This document shows positions 9,105 to 18,724 of a DNA stretch of 57,899 nucleotides, piece after piece; the stretch's first letter is position 1, and the number at the start of each line of letters is the position of its first letter. Made by a program: the position numbers and the translations under genes. This DNA is from Pseudomonas phage PaMx25, in sequence record NC_041953.1; one strand, 5' to 3'. The notes beneath the pieces are model-generated. The model saw only the letters and a program-made list of their open reading frames with translations. It had not been told where the DNA came from and ran no database searches.

Positions 9105-9815
9105 ATGACGAACAAGATTGTTGAAGCGCTGCTCAAGCTGGATGTCAAGAACGACAACCATTGGACGGCGGACGGTCTCCCGCGCCTGGACACCGTCAAG
9201 ATGCTGGCTTCCGACCAGACCCTGACCCGCGATTCCGTCGCTGCGGCGGCGCCTGGCTTTTCCCGCACTACTGCAACCGGCTACACCACACCCAGCGCTG
9301 AACAGCAGGCCCCGCAACAGCAAGGCCAAGGGGGTAGCACCGAGCAGCAGCAAAGCGCGGCCCCTGCCGCCGCGCAAACGGCCCCGCAAGCCACGCAGGC
9401 AACCGAATCCGACCAGCGAGCTGATGACCTCGATGCTGGGCAAGCCGAACAGCCCTCGATGGAAGGTTCCGCTGGCGTGGCAACCGATGACATCGCGGCG
9501 CTCGAAGAGGCGCTGGCCGAGCAGGAAGAGCTCGTGACCAAGATCCGCGCGCACAAAGTGGAGGTCGATAAGGCCTTCGAAGAAGCGCGTGCGAAGGAAG
9601 ACGAGCTCCGTGTCAAGCTGGAAGAAGCGCGTCCGCAGCGCAGCACCAGCAACGACATCCAGGACTATCTGGCCGCTCAGCGCAAGAACCTGGAAGCGCG
9701 TGCTGCCCGCCAGCAGATGATCCGTGAAAGCGGTATCAACCTGAAGGAACTGGCAAGCAACCTGAAGGCACCGATCGACGCTGCTCGCGCACGTCGCACC
9801 ACTCGCGGGGGCTAA
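9105..9815 (+). CDS. hypothetical protein with low-complexity and coiled-coil region
   Basis: 236 aa; Gln/Ala-rich middle, charged coiled-coil C-terminal half; head-tail joining region by synteny. Confidence 0.45.
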   Translation: MTNKIVEALLKLDVKNDNHWTADGLPRLDTVKMLASDQTLTRDSVAAAAPGFSRTTATGYTTPSAEQQAPQQQGQGGSTEQQQSAAPAAAQTAPQATQATESDQRADDLDAGQAEQPSMEGSAGVATDDIAALEEALAEQEELVTKIRAHKVEVDKAFEEARAKEDELRVKLEEARPQRSTSNDIQDYLAAQRKNLEARAARQQMIRESGINLKELASNLKAPIDAARARRTTRGG

Positions 9816-9818
9816 GCA

Positions 9819-10151
9819 ATGAAGCAGGCACAGGTGATCGCAAAGAACCGGAAAGGGCGTCAGAACCGCACAGCATTCGCGGCGCTGATCGATACTCCTG
9901 CCGTCGGAGCGGTCACCCTGCCTGCTGGTGCCCGCCTTGCACTGAAGAGCGTAGCCGGCGCAATCGCCGGAACTACCGCTGCAACCATCGCAGGAACCAG
10001 CAACCGAACGATCAAGACTCCCGCCCTTGTGGCAGGCGAATCCATGACGCTGGACTATGTCGAGCGCGCTGCTGTGGTCACACCGGCAGCAGGCTTCGAA
10101 GTGCTGCTCGATATCGGTCTGGGCCGCTTCGCTAAGATCGGAGGTGCATAA
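9819..10151 (+). CDS. hypothetical protein
   Basis: 110 aa ORF in operon context, ATGA-type overlap with next gene. Confidence 0.4.
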   Translation: MKQAQVIAKNRKGRQNRTAFAALIDTPAVGAVTLPAGARLALKSVAGAIAGTTAATIAGTSNRTIKTPALVAGESMTLDYVERAAVVTPAAGFEVLLDIGLGRFAKIGGA

Positions 10152-10663
10152 TGGCGTTCGTTGTTGAGGACGGTACTGCAAAGGCAGATGCCACTTCGTA
10201 CGTCACAATTACAGAAGCGGACGGGTACTTTTCCGACCGCGGCGTCACCGGCTGGACTGGTGCTGACGCTGTGAAGCAGTCCGCACTGATCAAGGCTACA
10301 GATTACATCGAGGGGCGCTTCGGACAGCGCTTCATCGGAAGCAAGAAGACGACCACACAAGCGCTGGCATGGCCGCGCACTGGTGCAGCAGACTTTGCTG
10401 ACACGGACATTCCTGTGAAGCTGCGCCGCGCGTGCTGCGAGTACGCTTTGCGCGCCCTGACCGCAGAACTTGCGCCCGACCTCAAGGTCGATGCAAGCGG
10501 TCTCACTGTTGTCGCAACGAAAAAGAAGGTCGGCCCGATCGAAACGGAATTCGCTGTTCCGCAGACCGGCCTTGGTGCCACCCCTATGCTGTTCCGTCCG
10601 TACCCTGCGGCGGACATGCTGTTGCGGGGGCTGGTTTATTCGGCAAGCCAGGTTATCAGGTGA
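10151..10663 (+). CDS. putative head-tail connector/adaptor protein
   Basis: YVTITEADGYF...ADAVKQSALIKATDYIE resembles gp6-like/DnaT-like head-tail connector proteins; position between capsid and tail genes. Confidence 0.45.
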   Translation: MAFVVEDGTAKADATSYVTITEADGYFSDRGVTGWTGADAVKQSALIKATDYIEGRFGQRFIGSKKTTTQALAWPRTGAADFADTDIPVKLRRACCEYALRALTAELAPDLKVDASGLTVVATKKKVGPIETEFAVPQTGLGATPMLFRPYPAADMLLRGLVYSASQVIR

Positions 10664-10666
10664 TCT

Positions 10667-11050
10667 ATGGCTACCGATTACAATGAATTCGTCCAACTGG
10701 CGCAAGAACTGATTGCTGAGAATGGCCGGCAGGTGACGCTCCAGAAGCTGGACGCTACCGCTGCTGACACTAGCAAGCCCTGGAAGGGCCCAGGCGCCCC
10801 TGCTGTAGCGCTGGCCAAGGTGCTGCCCGCTGTGTTCGTTCCCGCTTCAGGTTCTGGGCTGGGTCGCGATATCGTGAAAGAAGAGCTTCTTGATAGAGTC
10901 GAGCAGGTCGCACTCGTTGCGCCTACCGATGTGTCACTGGAAGACTTCCACGCAATCCTTGATGACGGTGTGCGCTGGAACATCGATTGGGCGCAAGCGC
11001 TCAAGCCAGGCCCACTGGTCGTCCTGTATGTATTCGGGGTGAAGCGATGA
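10667..11050 (+). CDS. hypothetical head-tail joining protein
   Basis: 127 aa, synteny only. Confidence 0.4.
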   Translation: MATDYNEFVQLAQELIAENGRQVTLQKLDATAADTSKPWKGPGAPAVALAKVLPAVFVPASGSGLGRDIVKEELLDRVEQVALVAPTDVSLEDFHAILDDGVRWNIDWAQALKPGPLVVLYVFGVKR

Positions 11051-11457
11051 CATTTGATGAAGCTCGCGATATCATCCTCGGGTTTTTCAAGACGGCATGG
11101 GATCCAACGGGGTTCCCTGCCGTTTGGACTGACGTGCCCGGCAGTGCTCCCACTAGCGAGACAGTGTGGGCTCGTGCTACAATCCGGCACGCAACTGGTC
11201 GTCAAGCATCGTTATCCGACGATCAAGGTGCGAAGCGCTGGTCGCGCACTGGAACAGTCTATATCCAAGTGTTCGCCCCCGTGGGAGATGGCTCCAAGGC
11301 CGGATACGATGCAGCCCAGCTCGTGGTGGATGCTTTCCAGGCCGCACGACATCCGAATGTCTGGTTCCGGGACGTGAGGATGAATGAAGCTGGGACGAGT
11401 GGGGCGTTTGAGCAATTGAACGTCCTGGCAACCTTCTCTTATGACGACGTGAGGTGA
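11047..11457 (+). CDS. hypothetical tail completion/terminator-like protein
   Basis: Internal ATG 11047 (MTFDEARDIILGFF...) gives ATGA overlap with upstream gene; synteny only. Confidence 0.4.
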   Translation: MTFDEARDIILGFFKTAWDPTGFPAVWTDVPGSAPTSETVWARATIRHATGRQASLSDDQGAKRWSRTGTVYIQVFAPVGDGSKAGYDAAQLVVDAFQAARHPNVWFRDVRMNEAGTSGAFEQLNVLATFSYDDVR

Positions 11458-11461
11458 TCAC

Positions 11462-12991
11462 ATGGCAAACAAAATAGATTCGAACGTAACCGGCCTCCGG
11501 TTCGCCGAAGAGGCTTCTCTCAAGACTCTTCCCGGTTCGCCGGTCTGGTATCCTCTGGAACCGAACTCCTATGCGGACTTCGGCGGACAGATTGCTACCG
11601 TGGCCCGCAACCCCATCAACCCGTCGCGCCAGCGCAAGAAAGGCGTGACGACTGACCTGGACGCCTCCGGCGGTTTCAACCAGGATCTGACCTTCAACAA
11701 CACGACCCGCCTGATGCAGGGTTTCTTCTTTGCGGACATCCGTGAGAAGAAGACCACGGCACCCATGAACACGGCTGCAACGCCGATCACTGGTGTCACT
11801 GGCGCGTCCAAGACCTACGCTGCCGCAGCAGGGCTGACGGGCTTCCTGGCCAACCAGCTTGTGATGGCGTCCGGCTTCGGTGTCACCGCCAACAACGGCC
11901 TGAAGAGCGTCGCCAGCGCGAGCACCGCGACCGCTGTGGTCATCAACGAAGTGATCACCGACGAAGCGTCCCCGCCTGCTGCTGCCAAGCTGGAAGCTGT
12001 GGGCTACCAGTTCGCAAGCGCGACCGTCGATATCACGATGAACGGTTCGCTGGTGCGCCTCAACAAGGCAAGCGGCACGCTCGATTTCACCACGCTGGGC
12101 CTCATCGCTGGTGAATGGGTGTATCTGGGCGGCGATGCTGTTGGCACGCAATTCACGAACAACCGCGGATTCGCTCGTGTCAGCGTCATCAATGCGTCGT
12201 ACCTGGAATTCGACAAGGTGTCCTGGACCCCGCAAGCGGAAGTCGGCACAGGAAAGACGATCCGCATCTTCTTCGGTTCCGTGCTGAAGAACGAAAGCGA
12301 TCCGACGCTGATCAAGCGCCGCACCTACCAAGTGGAGCGCACGCTGGGCGCCGATGCCAACGGTACGATGTCCGAATACCTTGTGGGCGCTGTGCCGAAC
12401 GAGCTGACGCTCAACATTGCGCAGGCTGACAAGGTGACGATGGACCTCACCTTCGTTGCGGTGGATAACGAACAGCGCACTGGCACCCAGGGCGTGAAGT
12501 CCGGCACCCGCCCGACGCTGGTTCCGGGTTCCGCGTTCAACACCTCTAGCGACTTCAGCCGTATCAAATTGGCACTGGCCAGCAGCACCGATGCCGCACC
12601 GACCCCGCTGTTCGCCTTCGCGACCGAAATGTCGCTGTCGGTGAATAACAACGTGAGCCCGAACAAGGCGATCGGTGTGCTGGGTGCGTTCGACACCAGC
12701 GCGGGCACCTTCGAGGTTGGCGGCAGCACTACCGCCTATTTCGCGGACGTCACCGCTGTGCAGGCTGTGCGCAATAACAGCGACGTGACGATCGACATCG
12801 TCATGCTGAAGAAGAACCTCGCTCTGCTGTGGGATATCCCGCTGCTGTCGCTGGGTGACGGTCGTCTGGCGGTGGAACAAGACCAGGCGATCACTCTTCC
12901 GCTGGAAAACAACGCGGCTGAATCCAAGTTCGGCCACACCCTGCTCTTCCAGAGCTTCTCTTACTTGCCGGATGTGGCTGGCGGCGTGTAA
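11462..12991 (+). CDS. major tail protein (tube)
   Basis: 509 aa, immediately upstream of the G/GT chaperone pair and tape measure (lambda V-G-GT-H order); Thr/Ala/Gly-rich. Confidence 0.6.
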   Translation: MANKIDSNVTGLRFAEEASLKTLPGSPVWYPLEPNSYADFGGQIATVARNPINPSRQRKKGVTTDLDASGGFNQDLTFNNTTRLMQGFFFADIREKKTTAPMNTAATPITGVTGASKTYAAAAGLTGFLANQLVMASGFGVTANNGLKSVASASTATAVVINEVITDEASPPAAAKLEAVGYQFASATVDITMNGSLVRLNKASGTLDFTTLGLIAGEWVYLGGDAVGTQFTNNRGFARVSVINASYLEFDKVSWTPQAEVGTGKTIRIFFGSVLKNESDPTLIKRRTYQVERTLGADANGTMSEYLVGAVPNELTLNIAQADKVTMDLTFVAVDNEQRTGTQGVKSGTRPTLVPGSAFNTSSDFSRIKLALASSTDAAPTPLFAFATEMSLSVNNNVSPNKAIGVLGAFDTSAGTFEVGGSTTAYFADVTAVQAVRNNSDVTIDIVMLKKNLALLWDIPLLSLGDGRLAVEQDQAITLPLENNAAESKFGHTLLFQSFSYLPDVAGGV

Positions 12992-13049
12992 GCTACAGGG
13001 GCGCGAGCAATGGTGCCCGCGCCCTGAAACTGCACCATGAGGTGATCTA

Positions 13050-13469
13050 ATGAGTCTCTACAAACAATTCAAGACCGACAACACTCTCGAGAAGGACGGC
13101 ATCCTGCTCGAGTACGGTGAAAACAGCAAGGGCAAGCCGATCTGCATTCGCGTGGCGCGTGCCGGCGGTTCGAACAACGCCTACGCCAAGCGGATGGAAG
13201 CGCGCGTGAAACCCTACCGCCGCCAGATCCAGAACGAGACGATGGAATCCGCGCTGGTGGAGCGCATCGTCAAGGAAGTCTATGCCGAAACGGTCGTCAT
13301 CGGCTGGGAGAACGTCGAAGACGAAAACGGCAACCCGATGGAATTCTCGGTCGAGAACTGCATCAAGCTGTTCGACGACCTGCCGGACCTGTTCCGTGAC
13401 ATCCAAGAGCAGAGCCAGCGTGCTGCACTCTTCCGCGCGGAGGTGCGGGAGGCTGACGCAAAAAACTAA
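13050..13469 (+). CDS. tail assembly chaperone (gpG-like)
   Basis: 139 aa acidic protein ending ...FRAEVREADAKN; slippery heptamer A_AAA_AAC at 13460-13466 immediately before its stop. Confidence 0.7.
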   Translation: MSLYKQFKTDNTLEKDGILLEYGENSKGKPICIRVARAGGSNNAYAKRMEARVKPYRRQIQNETMESALVERIVKEVYAETVVIGWENVEDENGNPMEFSVENCIKLFDDLPDLFRDIQEQSQRAALFRAEVREADAKN

Positions 13470-13825
13470 CGGACGTCCTGCTCTACTACCTGGAGCAGGG
13501 CCCCACGGAAAAGTTCATCATTCAACAGTGCGTTCAACAACGCTTACCGCTACCGGAGAAGATTGCCAATGCCCCTGAGTTGCTGCTAGGACTGGAGATG
13601 TACCATATGGCCTTCCTTGACTTAACCACATGTCGCGGAACTGGCTATAACACCGAAGGCCCTATCAGCTGGCTCGCCATTAAGGAGTGGGCAGACGCAA
13701 ACGATATCGAGGGAGAGCAACGCGAGGATCTGTTCTACCACATACAGGCACTCGACAAGGTCTATCTCGACTTCAAAGCGAAGAAGTTGAAGAGCGCCAC
13801 TCAACAAACGGGAGCGGGCAAATAG
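13050..13825 (+). CDS. tail assembly chaperone GT fusion via programmed -1 ribosomal frameshift
   Basis: Frame -1 is open from 13457 to 13825 with no good start and overlaps the G stop; slip at A_AAA_AAC (13460-13466) gives ...DAKK-LTDVLLYYLEQ...; the listed 81-aa TTG ORF 13580-13825 is the tail of this frame. Confidence 0.6.
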
Positions 13826-14254
13826 ATGGCCGACTTGAGGCAGTTCGCGGGACGGATTCGTGTGATGGGTAAGCGTATCGAAAAGAACGCTGACGCCATG
13901 ACGCGGAAAGTCGCGCTCGCTGTCGATAGTGCTGTGGTCATTGCCACTCCTGTAGATACTGGTCGCGCGCGTTCCAATTGGCAGGTGAATCTCGGTGCGC
14001 CCGCTGATGGAACGCGCGACGCTTTAGACCAGACTGGCCAAGCTGCAATCGCAGAAGGTCAGGCGGAGATCGCAAAGTACAAGGGCGGTTCCGCAATTCA
14101 TATCACGAACAACCTTCCATATATCGGACGGCTGAATGACGGCTGGTCAGCACAAGCTCCATCGGGCTTTGTTGAGAAGGCGGTCTTAGTCGGGGTCGCT
14201 GCTGCGCAGGGCGCCGGAAGCCTGTTGCAGAATGCTTTGAAAGAGGAGCTGTAA
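13826..14254 (+). CDS. HK97 gp10-like tail/head-tail component
   Basis: PVDTGRARSNW motif of HK97 gp10 family; stop/start adjacent to GT (TAGATG) and ATGA-type overlap with tape measure. Confidence 0.5.
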   Translation: MADLRQFAGRIRVMGKRIEKNADAMTRKVALAVDSAVVIATPVDTGRARSNWQVNLGAPADGTRDALDQTGQAAIAEGQAEIAKYKGGSAIHITNNLPYIGRLNDGWSAQAPSGFVEKAVLVGVAAAQGAGSLLQNALKEEL

Positions 14255-17184
14255 TGGCGACCGAAACTATTGACATCCGGATCCGGGAAGACGGTTCTCG
14301 GGTCGTAAAACGGAACCTTGAAGACGTCGGCAACACCGCTGAGAAGGCTGCAAGCGGTGTAGATATCCTCAAGCGCGCCCTCGGCGCGCTGACTGCTTTT
14401 ATCGCCGTCGATCAGATTCGCAAGTATGCTGACGCCTGGGCAAGCGCGTCCGGGCAGATCCGCATCGCGACCAAGGACATCGCTGAAGCTGCTGCCGTGC
14501 AGGAACAGCTCTACAAGACAGCGCAGAACACCCGCCAGGGCTTCACTGACATCGTGGAGCTCTACAGCCGCACCGCGCGATCCGGTAAGGAGCTGGGCGC
14601 GTCCCAGGCGCAGTTGATCAAATTCACGGAGAACGTGGGCAAGACGCTCGCGGCCAGCAGCACCAGCGCACAGCAGGCGCAGGGCGCGCTCATGCAGATG
14701 GGCCAGGCGCTGGGTAGCGGCATCGTTCGGGCGGAAGAATTCAACTCCATCCTAGAAGGTGCGCCAGCGATCCTGCAAGTCGTCGCCAACCACATTGACG
14801 GCGCTGAAGGTAGCATCGGCAAGCTCCGGAAGATGATGCTAGACGGCAAGCTCACATCCAAGGCGTTCTTCGACGCCATGCTTGCGGGTTCCGAAGAGAT
14901 TGACGCCAAGTTCGGCAAGGCATCCTTCACCATCTCGCAGGGCTTCACGCTGATCAGCAATGCGTTCATGCGCTGGATTGGGCAGACTGATTCCGCGCTG
15001 GGCATCAGCAACACGCTCGGCCAGGCGATGAAGTGGATCGCTGACAATATGGACATGGTTGCAGCGGCAGCGCTGTCGGTAGGGGCCGCGATCGCTGTTG
15101 CCTTCGTACCTACGGCGATCACTGCTGTAACGAACGCTGTGCGGGCGCTGTGGGCCGTGCTTGCGGCGAATCCGCTTGCCGCTGTTGTGATCGCGCTCAC
15201 TGCTGTCGTGACTTACCTCACGCTCATGCGGGACGAGATCAACGTGGGCCTGGACGACGTCACTACGCTGGGCGATGTGTTCCGCGCGGTGGGCGAGGAT
15301 ATCGCGGTCGTGTTCGGCGACCTGAAGGAGCTGGCTTCCAGCGCATTCACCGGGCTGGGCGAGATTGTTTCGGACGTATATCAGTCCATCACACAAGCGA
15401 CGGATCAGGAAACGAAAAACTGGCTTGCCCAATATACGACCTTCTATGACGGGGTCGGTTCGGGCTTTGCTGGTGTGGCGAAGGGTATTGCACGCACCAT
15501 CGACGCGATCGCTGGACTGCTGACCGGGCTGGGCATCGCTGTGGTCAGGGCTTTCGCTGGTGTCCCGGACGCGATCAAGGAACTGTTCAACCGCACCTAT
15601 AACGTCGTCGTGGATGTCATGGAGAACATGATCAACACGGTGATCAACGGTGTGAATCGCATGCGCAGTGCTGTCGGGATGGACCTGCTGGAGACGGTCA
15701 AGTTCGATCGGAAGCAAGTCGATACGAAGTTCTTCGAGACTTACGGGCAGAACATCGCTCAGTCCATTGACGCCGGGTTCCAGCAGCAAGGCGGGTTCAT
15801 GGAGAAATGGGTCGATGGTGTCTTCACCCGTGCGCAAGCAATCGGCAAGGAACGCGCCTCGAAGCTAGGCAACCAGACCGGCGTGGATCTGAACCAAGCG
15901 ATGGGCACCTTCAAGGCTCCTGGCCCTGACGAGAAGGAGCTGGAGAAGCAACGCAAGGAACTGGAGAAGCTCAAGAACGAGCTGCGCAGCCTGTTGAACA
16001 CCATTGCGCCGGTAGAGGGTGCCAAGCTGGAAATGGCGAAGGCAGAAGAGACTCTTAACAAGGCGGTGGCCAAGGGTTTGATAACCACACAGGATCAGGC
16101 GCGTTACCTCGAGCTTCTCAAGTTCCACTATCAGGACATCATCGACCCGCTGGGCAAGGTCAATCGCGAGATGGACGAACAGATCCGTCTGCTCGGTATG
16201 TCCTCGCGTGCGCGGCAGGTCGAGTCCGAGTACATGAAGATCGAGAAGGATCTGCGCTCGCAGGGGATCACGCTGACGCAAGAAGAGACCGCTGCATTGC
16301 GCAGCAAGATCGAGATGCTGCAACGGCAGAACGAACTGGTGGCAGCTCAGGATCAGATGCTTGCCAACAGCGTCGAACAGCGCCGCGCGTTCAACACTCA
16401 GATCGAAGCGATGAACAACCTGCTGGCCAACCCGAGCAGCGGCTTCACTGCGGGCGACGCTCAAGGGCAGGTGATGGGCATGCTGGGAGGCATGGGCATT
16501 GACACGGCGGGCATGCAAGGTCAGATGCAGGCTCAGCTGGAGTTGATCCAGACGTACTATGCCCAGCTCGACATGCTTCGCCAGAACGATCTGATCAGCG
16601 AGCAGGACTACTCGAACGCCAAGGTTCAGCTGGCGCAGCGCGAGAACGAATTGAAGACGCAGAACATGCGGAACTTCTTCTCAGGGCTTGCCAGCCTGCA
16701 GAGCTCCAACATCAAGGAGCTTGCTGCGATCGGTAAAGCTGCCGCAATCACCCAGGCGATCATGAACACCTACGAAGGCGCGACCAAGGCACTGGCCCAG
16801 GGCGGCATCTACGGTGCTGCGATGGCTGCTGTCGTGGTGGCACAAGGTATGGCGCAGGTGGCAGCGATCCGCTCCCAGCAGACTCAGGGCTTTATGACGG
16901 GCGGTAACTTCACCGTCGGGGGTACTGGTGGAGCTGACTCGCAAATGGTAGCATTTAGGGCAACGCCTGGTGAGCAGGTCACGGTCAGCACGCCTACGCA
17001 AGTCCGCAAGGGTACAGCAGCACAAGGGCAAGGTGAGCAGACCTCGGCTGCGCCCACTGTGGTCACCCCGAAGATCATCAACGTGCTAGATCCGGCAATC
17101 GTTGGCGACTACCTCGGCACCGACGAAGGCGAACAGTTGATCATGAACGTGGTGCAGCGCAATCAACGCGCGCTGGGCTACTGA
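14254..17184 (+). CDS. tail tape measure protein
   Basis: 976 aa, largest + strand ORF; N-terminal tape-measure domain (QLIKFTENVGKTLAASSTSAQQAQGALMQMGQALGSGIVRAEEFNSILEGAP); helical with Gly-rich C-terminus. Confidence 0.9.
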   Translation: MATETIDIRIREDGSRVVKRNLEDVGNTAEKAASGVDILKRALGALTAFIAVDQIRKYADAWASASGQIRIATKDIAEAAAVQEQLYKTAQNTRQGFTDIVELYSRTARSGKELGASQAQLIKFTENVGKTLAASSTSAQQAQGALMQMGQALGSGIVRAEEFNSILEGAPAILQVVANHIDGAEGSIGKLRKMMLDGKLTSKAFFDAMLAGSEEIDAKFGKASFTISQGFTLISNAFMRWIGQTDSALGISNTLGQAMKWIADNMDMVAAAALSVGAAIAVAFVPTAITAVTNAVRALWAVLAANPLAAVVIALTAVVTYLTLMRDEINVGLDDVTTLGDVFRAVGEDIAVVFGDLKELASSAFTGLGEIVSDVYQSITQATDQETKNWLAQYTTFYDGVGSGFAGVAKGIARTIDAIAGLLTGLGIAVVRAFAGVPDAIKELFNRTYNVVVDVMENMINTVINGVNRMRSAVGMDLLETVKFDRKQVDTKFFETYGQNIAQSIDAGFQQQGGFMEKWVDGVFTRAQAIGKERASKLGNQTGVDLNQAMGTFKAPGPDEKELEKQRKELEKLKNELRSLLNTIAPVEGAKLEMAKAEETLNKAVAKGLITTQDQARYLELLKFHYQDIIDPLGKVNREMDEQIRLLGMSSRARQVESEYMKIEKDLRSQGITLTQEETAALRSKIEMLQRQNELVAAQDQMLANSVEQRRAFNTQIEAMNNLLANPSSGFTAGDAQGQVMGMLGGMGIDTAGMQGQMQAQLELIQTYYAQLDMLRQNDLISEQDYSNAKVQLAQRENELKTQNMRNFFSGLASLQSSNIKELAAIGKAAAITQAIMNTYEGATKALAQGGIYGAAMAAVVVAQGMAQVAAIRSQQTQGFMTGGNFTVGGTGGADSQMVAFRATPGEQVTVSTPTQVRKGTAAQGQGEQTSAAPTVVTPKIINVLDPAIVGDYLGTDEGEQLIMNVVQRNQRALGY

Positions 17185-17198
17185 TAGGAGAATTTGAT

Positions 17199-18713
17199 AT
17201 GGCAAACGAAGTCGGTAGCGCAGCGAACCTCGAAGACCTGTTCGGGAAAATCGTTAGCTTCCTGAACACGAACGCGACGCTGGTGGCAGCGAACCAGCAT
17301 TGGACGATCATGCGCCTGCGTCGCGACAACATCGCGGCGCTGACCACGAACCTCACCGAACCGACGAACGTGCAATATCGCATGACGATTCAGACATGTC
17401 GTTACGATCCGCGTTCGCTCAACACCGACGACGAGAACGCTTCTTACCTCGCGAACTTTTATGCGTCCAACTTCTCGTCCGGGGTGAGCCACGTTACGTG
17501 GCAGATGCGTACAGCAAGGGAGGTGAAGACGGTCCGTCTGCGCGCACCTTTGTCGAGCTCTCATTACCCTCAGATGATTCGTAATTTCCGTCTTCAGTAT
17601 TCTGATAACGGAACGGCCTGGACAACCGCACTCACGGTGAGTTCTAACCCCGTATGGACGCTCGGTGAGATGAAAGATTTCGCTGTACCGGGCACACCGG
17701 GATCTCACCTGTACTGGAGAATCTTGATTGACAGCGTCCAGACGGGTACGACAGTCGTCGCGTGGATGAACATGCTTCTCTTGGAGGCGGATGGCACTGT
17801 TGCCAATCACTTCGGTAGCGAAGTGATTTTCAAGGCGCGGGGTAACGCAGGCACCGACGAGATCTACTGCGGCATTCGTTCCGAATACTACGCGGCAGGC
17901 GGATGGTATAACCTGTTCATGAATGGTTATACGGGTTTTGATCCAAACGAACAATCCTGGTTCAAGCAGCCTGGCGCACTGAACAAGTTCGGTGATCAAT
18001 ACCCGTATGCTGTGCCCATGGTGCCTTGCTGGGACACGACGATGCCATACTGGTTTGTGGCATCTGGGCGTGCATTCAGATTCGGTGTGAAAGTCTCCAC
18101 CAGTTACGAGGGCGGATATCTTGGGTTTATCCTGCCCTATGCAACCCCGGGCCAATACCCTTACCCGTTGGCAGTTGGCGGTTCGCTAGTGCCTCACACA
18201 ACAGTGCGTTCGGCGGAATGGCGCTATTCGTACGCGAACTGGCGTCACGGCTGCTACCCAGGCCCGGGCGTGGATGGCTATACCACGTCTGAAGGTAAAT
18301 GGGGAACACTGTACCTCAGAAACCCAGACGGTGAATGGGGGTACTTCGGGAACCGTGCCAACAGTAACCCGGACCCAGAGACTATCTACGGGCCCAACCA
18401 ATCAGGCTCTGCACCTTACGCCCCCAGCGACTCTTGGCGCAACGTGTGGCCCCATTGCATGAACGACCAATGGACATCCGGTAAGCGTCCATATCGAGAA
18501 TGCCTAGGCGGGGGCTATATCCTTCAACCTTGTATCTTGATGCAGCGCGCGCCGTACAGCGCAGTCTTCGGAGAGCTGGAAGGCACTTACGCGATCAGCG
18601 GGTATCAGAACGCGCCTGAGAATACAACGACATGGGGTGGAAAGACTGTGGTCGTCTTCCAGCACGCATATCGCAACACCGTCCATGAATTCTGGGCGCT
18701 GTCGCTAGACTAA
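17199..18713 (+). CDS. tail/baseplate protein (paralog A)
   Basis: 504 aa, Trp/Tyr/Gly-rich; shares a domain with the next gene (PYWFVASGRAFRFGVKVSTSYEGGYLGF vs AYHFFAPDSKTLYAEVEITTGSFMRFGCGSL) and a similar N-terminal motif. Confidence 0.45.
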   Translation: MANEVGSAANLEDLFGKIVSFLNTNATLVAANQHWTIMRLRRDNIAALTTNLTEPTNVQYRMTIQTCRYDPRSLNTDDENASYLANFYASNFSSGVSHVTWQMRTAREVKTVRLRAPLSSSHYPQMIRNFRLQYSDNGTAWTTALTVSSNPVWTLGEMKDFAVPGTPGSHLYWRILIDSVQTGTTVVAWMNMLLLEADGTVANHFGSEVIFKARGNAGTDEIYCGIRSEYYAAGGWYNLFMNGYTGFDPNEQSWFKQPGALNKFGDQYPYAVPMVPCWDTTMPYWFVASGRAFRFGVKVSTSYEGGYLGFILPYATPGQYPYPLAVGGSLVPHTTVRSAEWRYSYANWRHGCYPGPGVDGYTTSEGKWGTLYLRNPDGEWGYFGNRANSNPDPETIYGPNQSGSAPYAPSDSWRNVWPHCMNDQWTSGKRPYRECLGGGYILQPCILMQRAPYSAVFGELEGTYAISGYQNAPENTTTWGGKTVVVFQHAYRNTVHEFWALSLD

Positions 18714-18724
18714 GGGGAACACGA

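Noticed and set aside
13282-13578. 98-aa +1-frame ORF overlapping the G chaperone 3' end as an alternative frameshift product
   Set aside because: Translation is Arg/Ser/Thr-rich junk and there is no +1 slippery site. The -1 frame has the slippery heptamer and a chaperone-T-like sequence.
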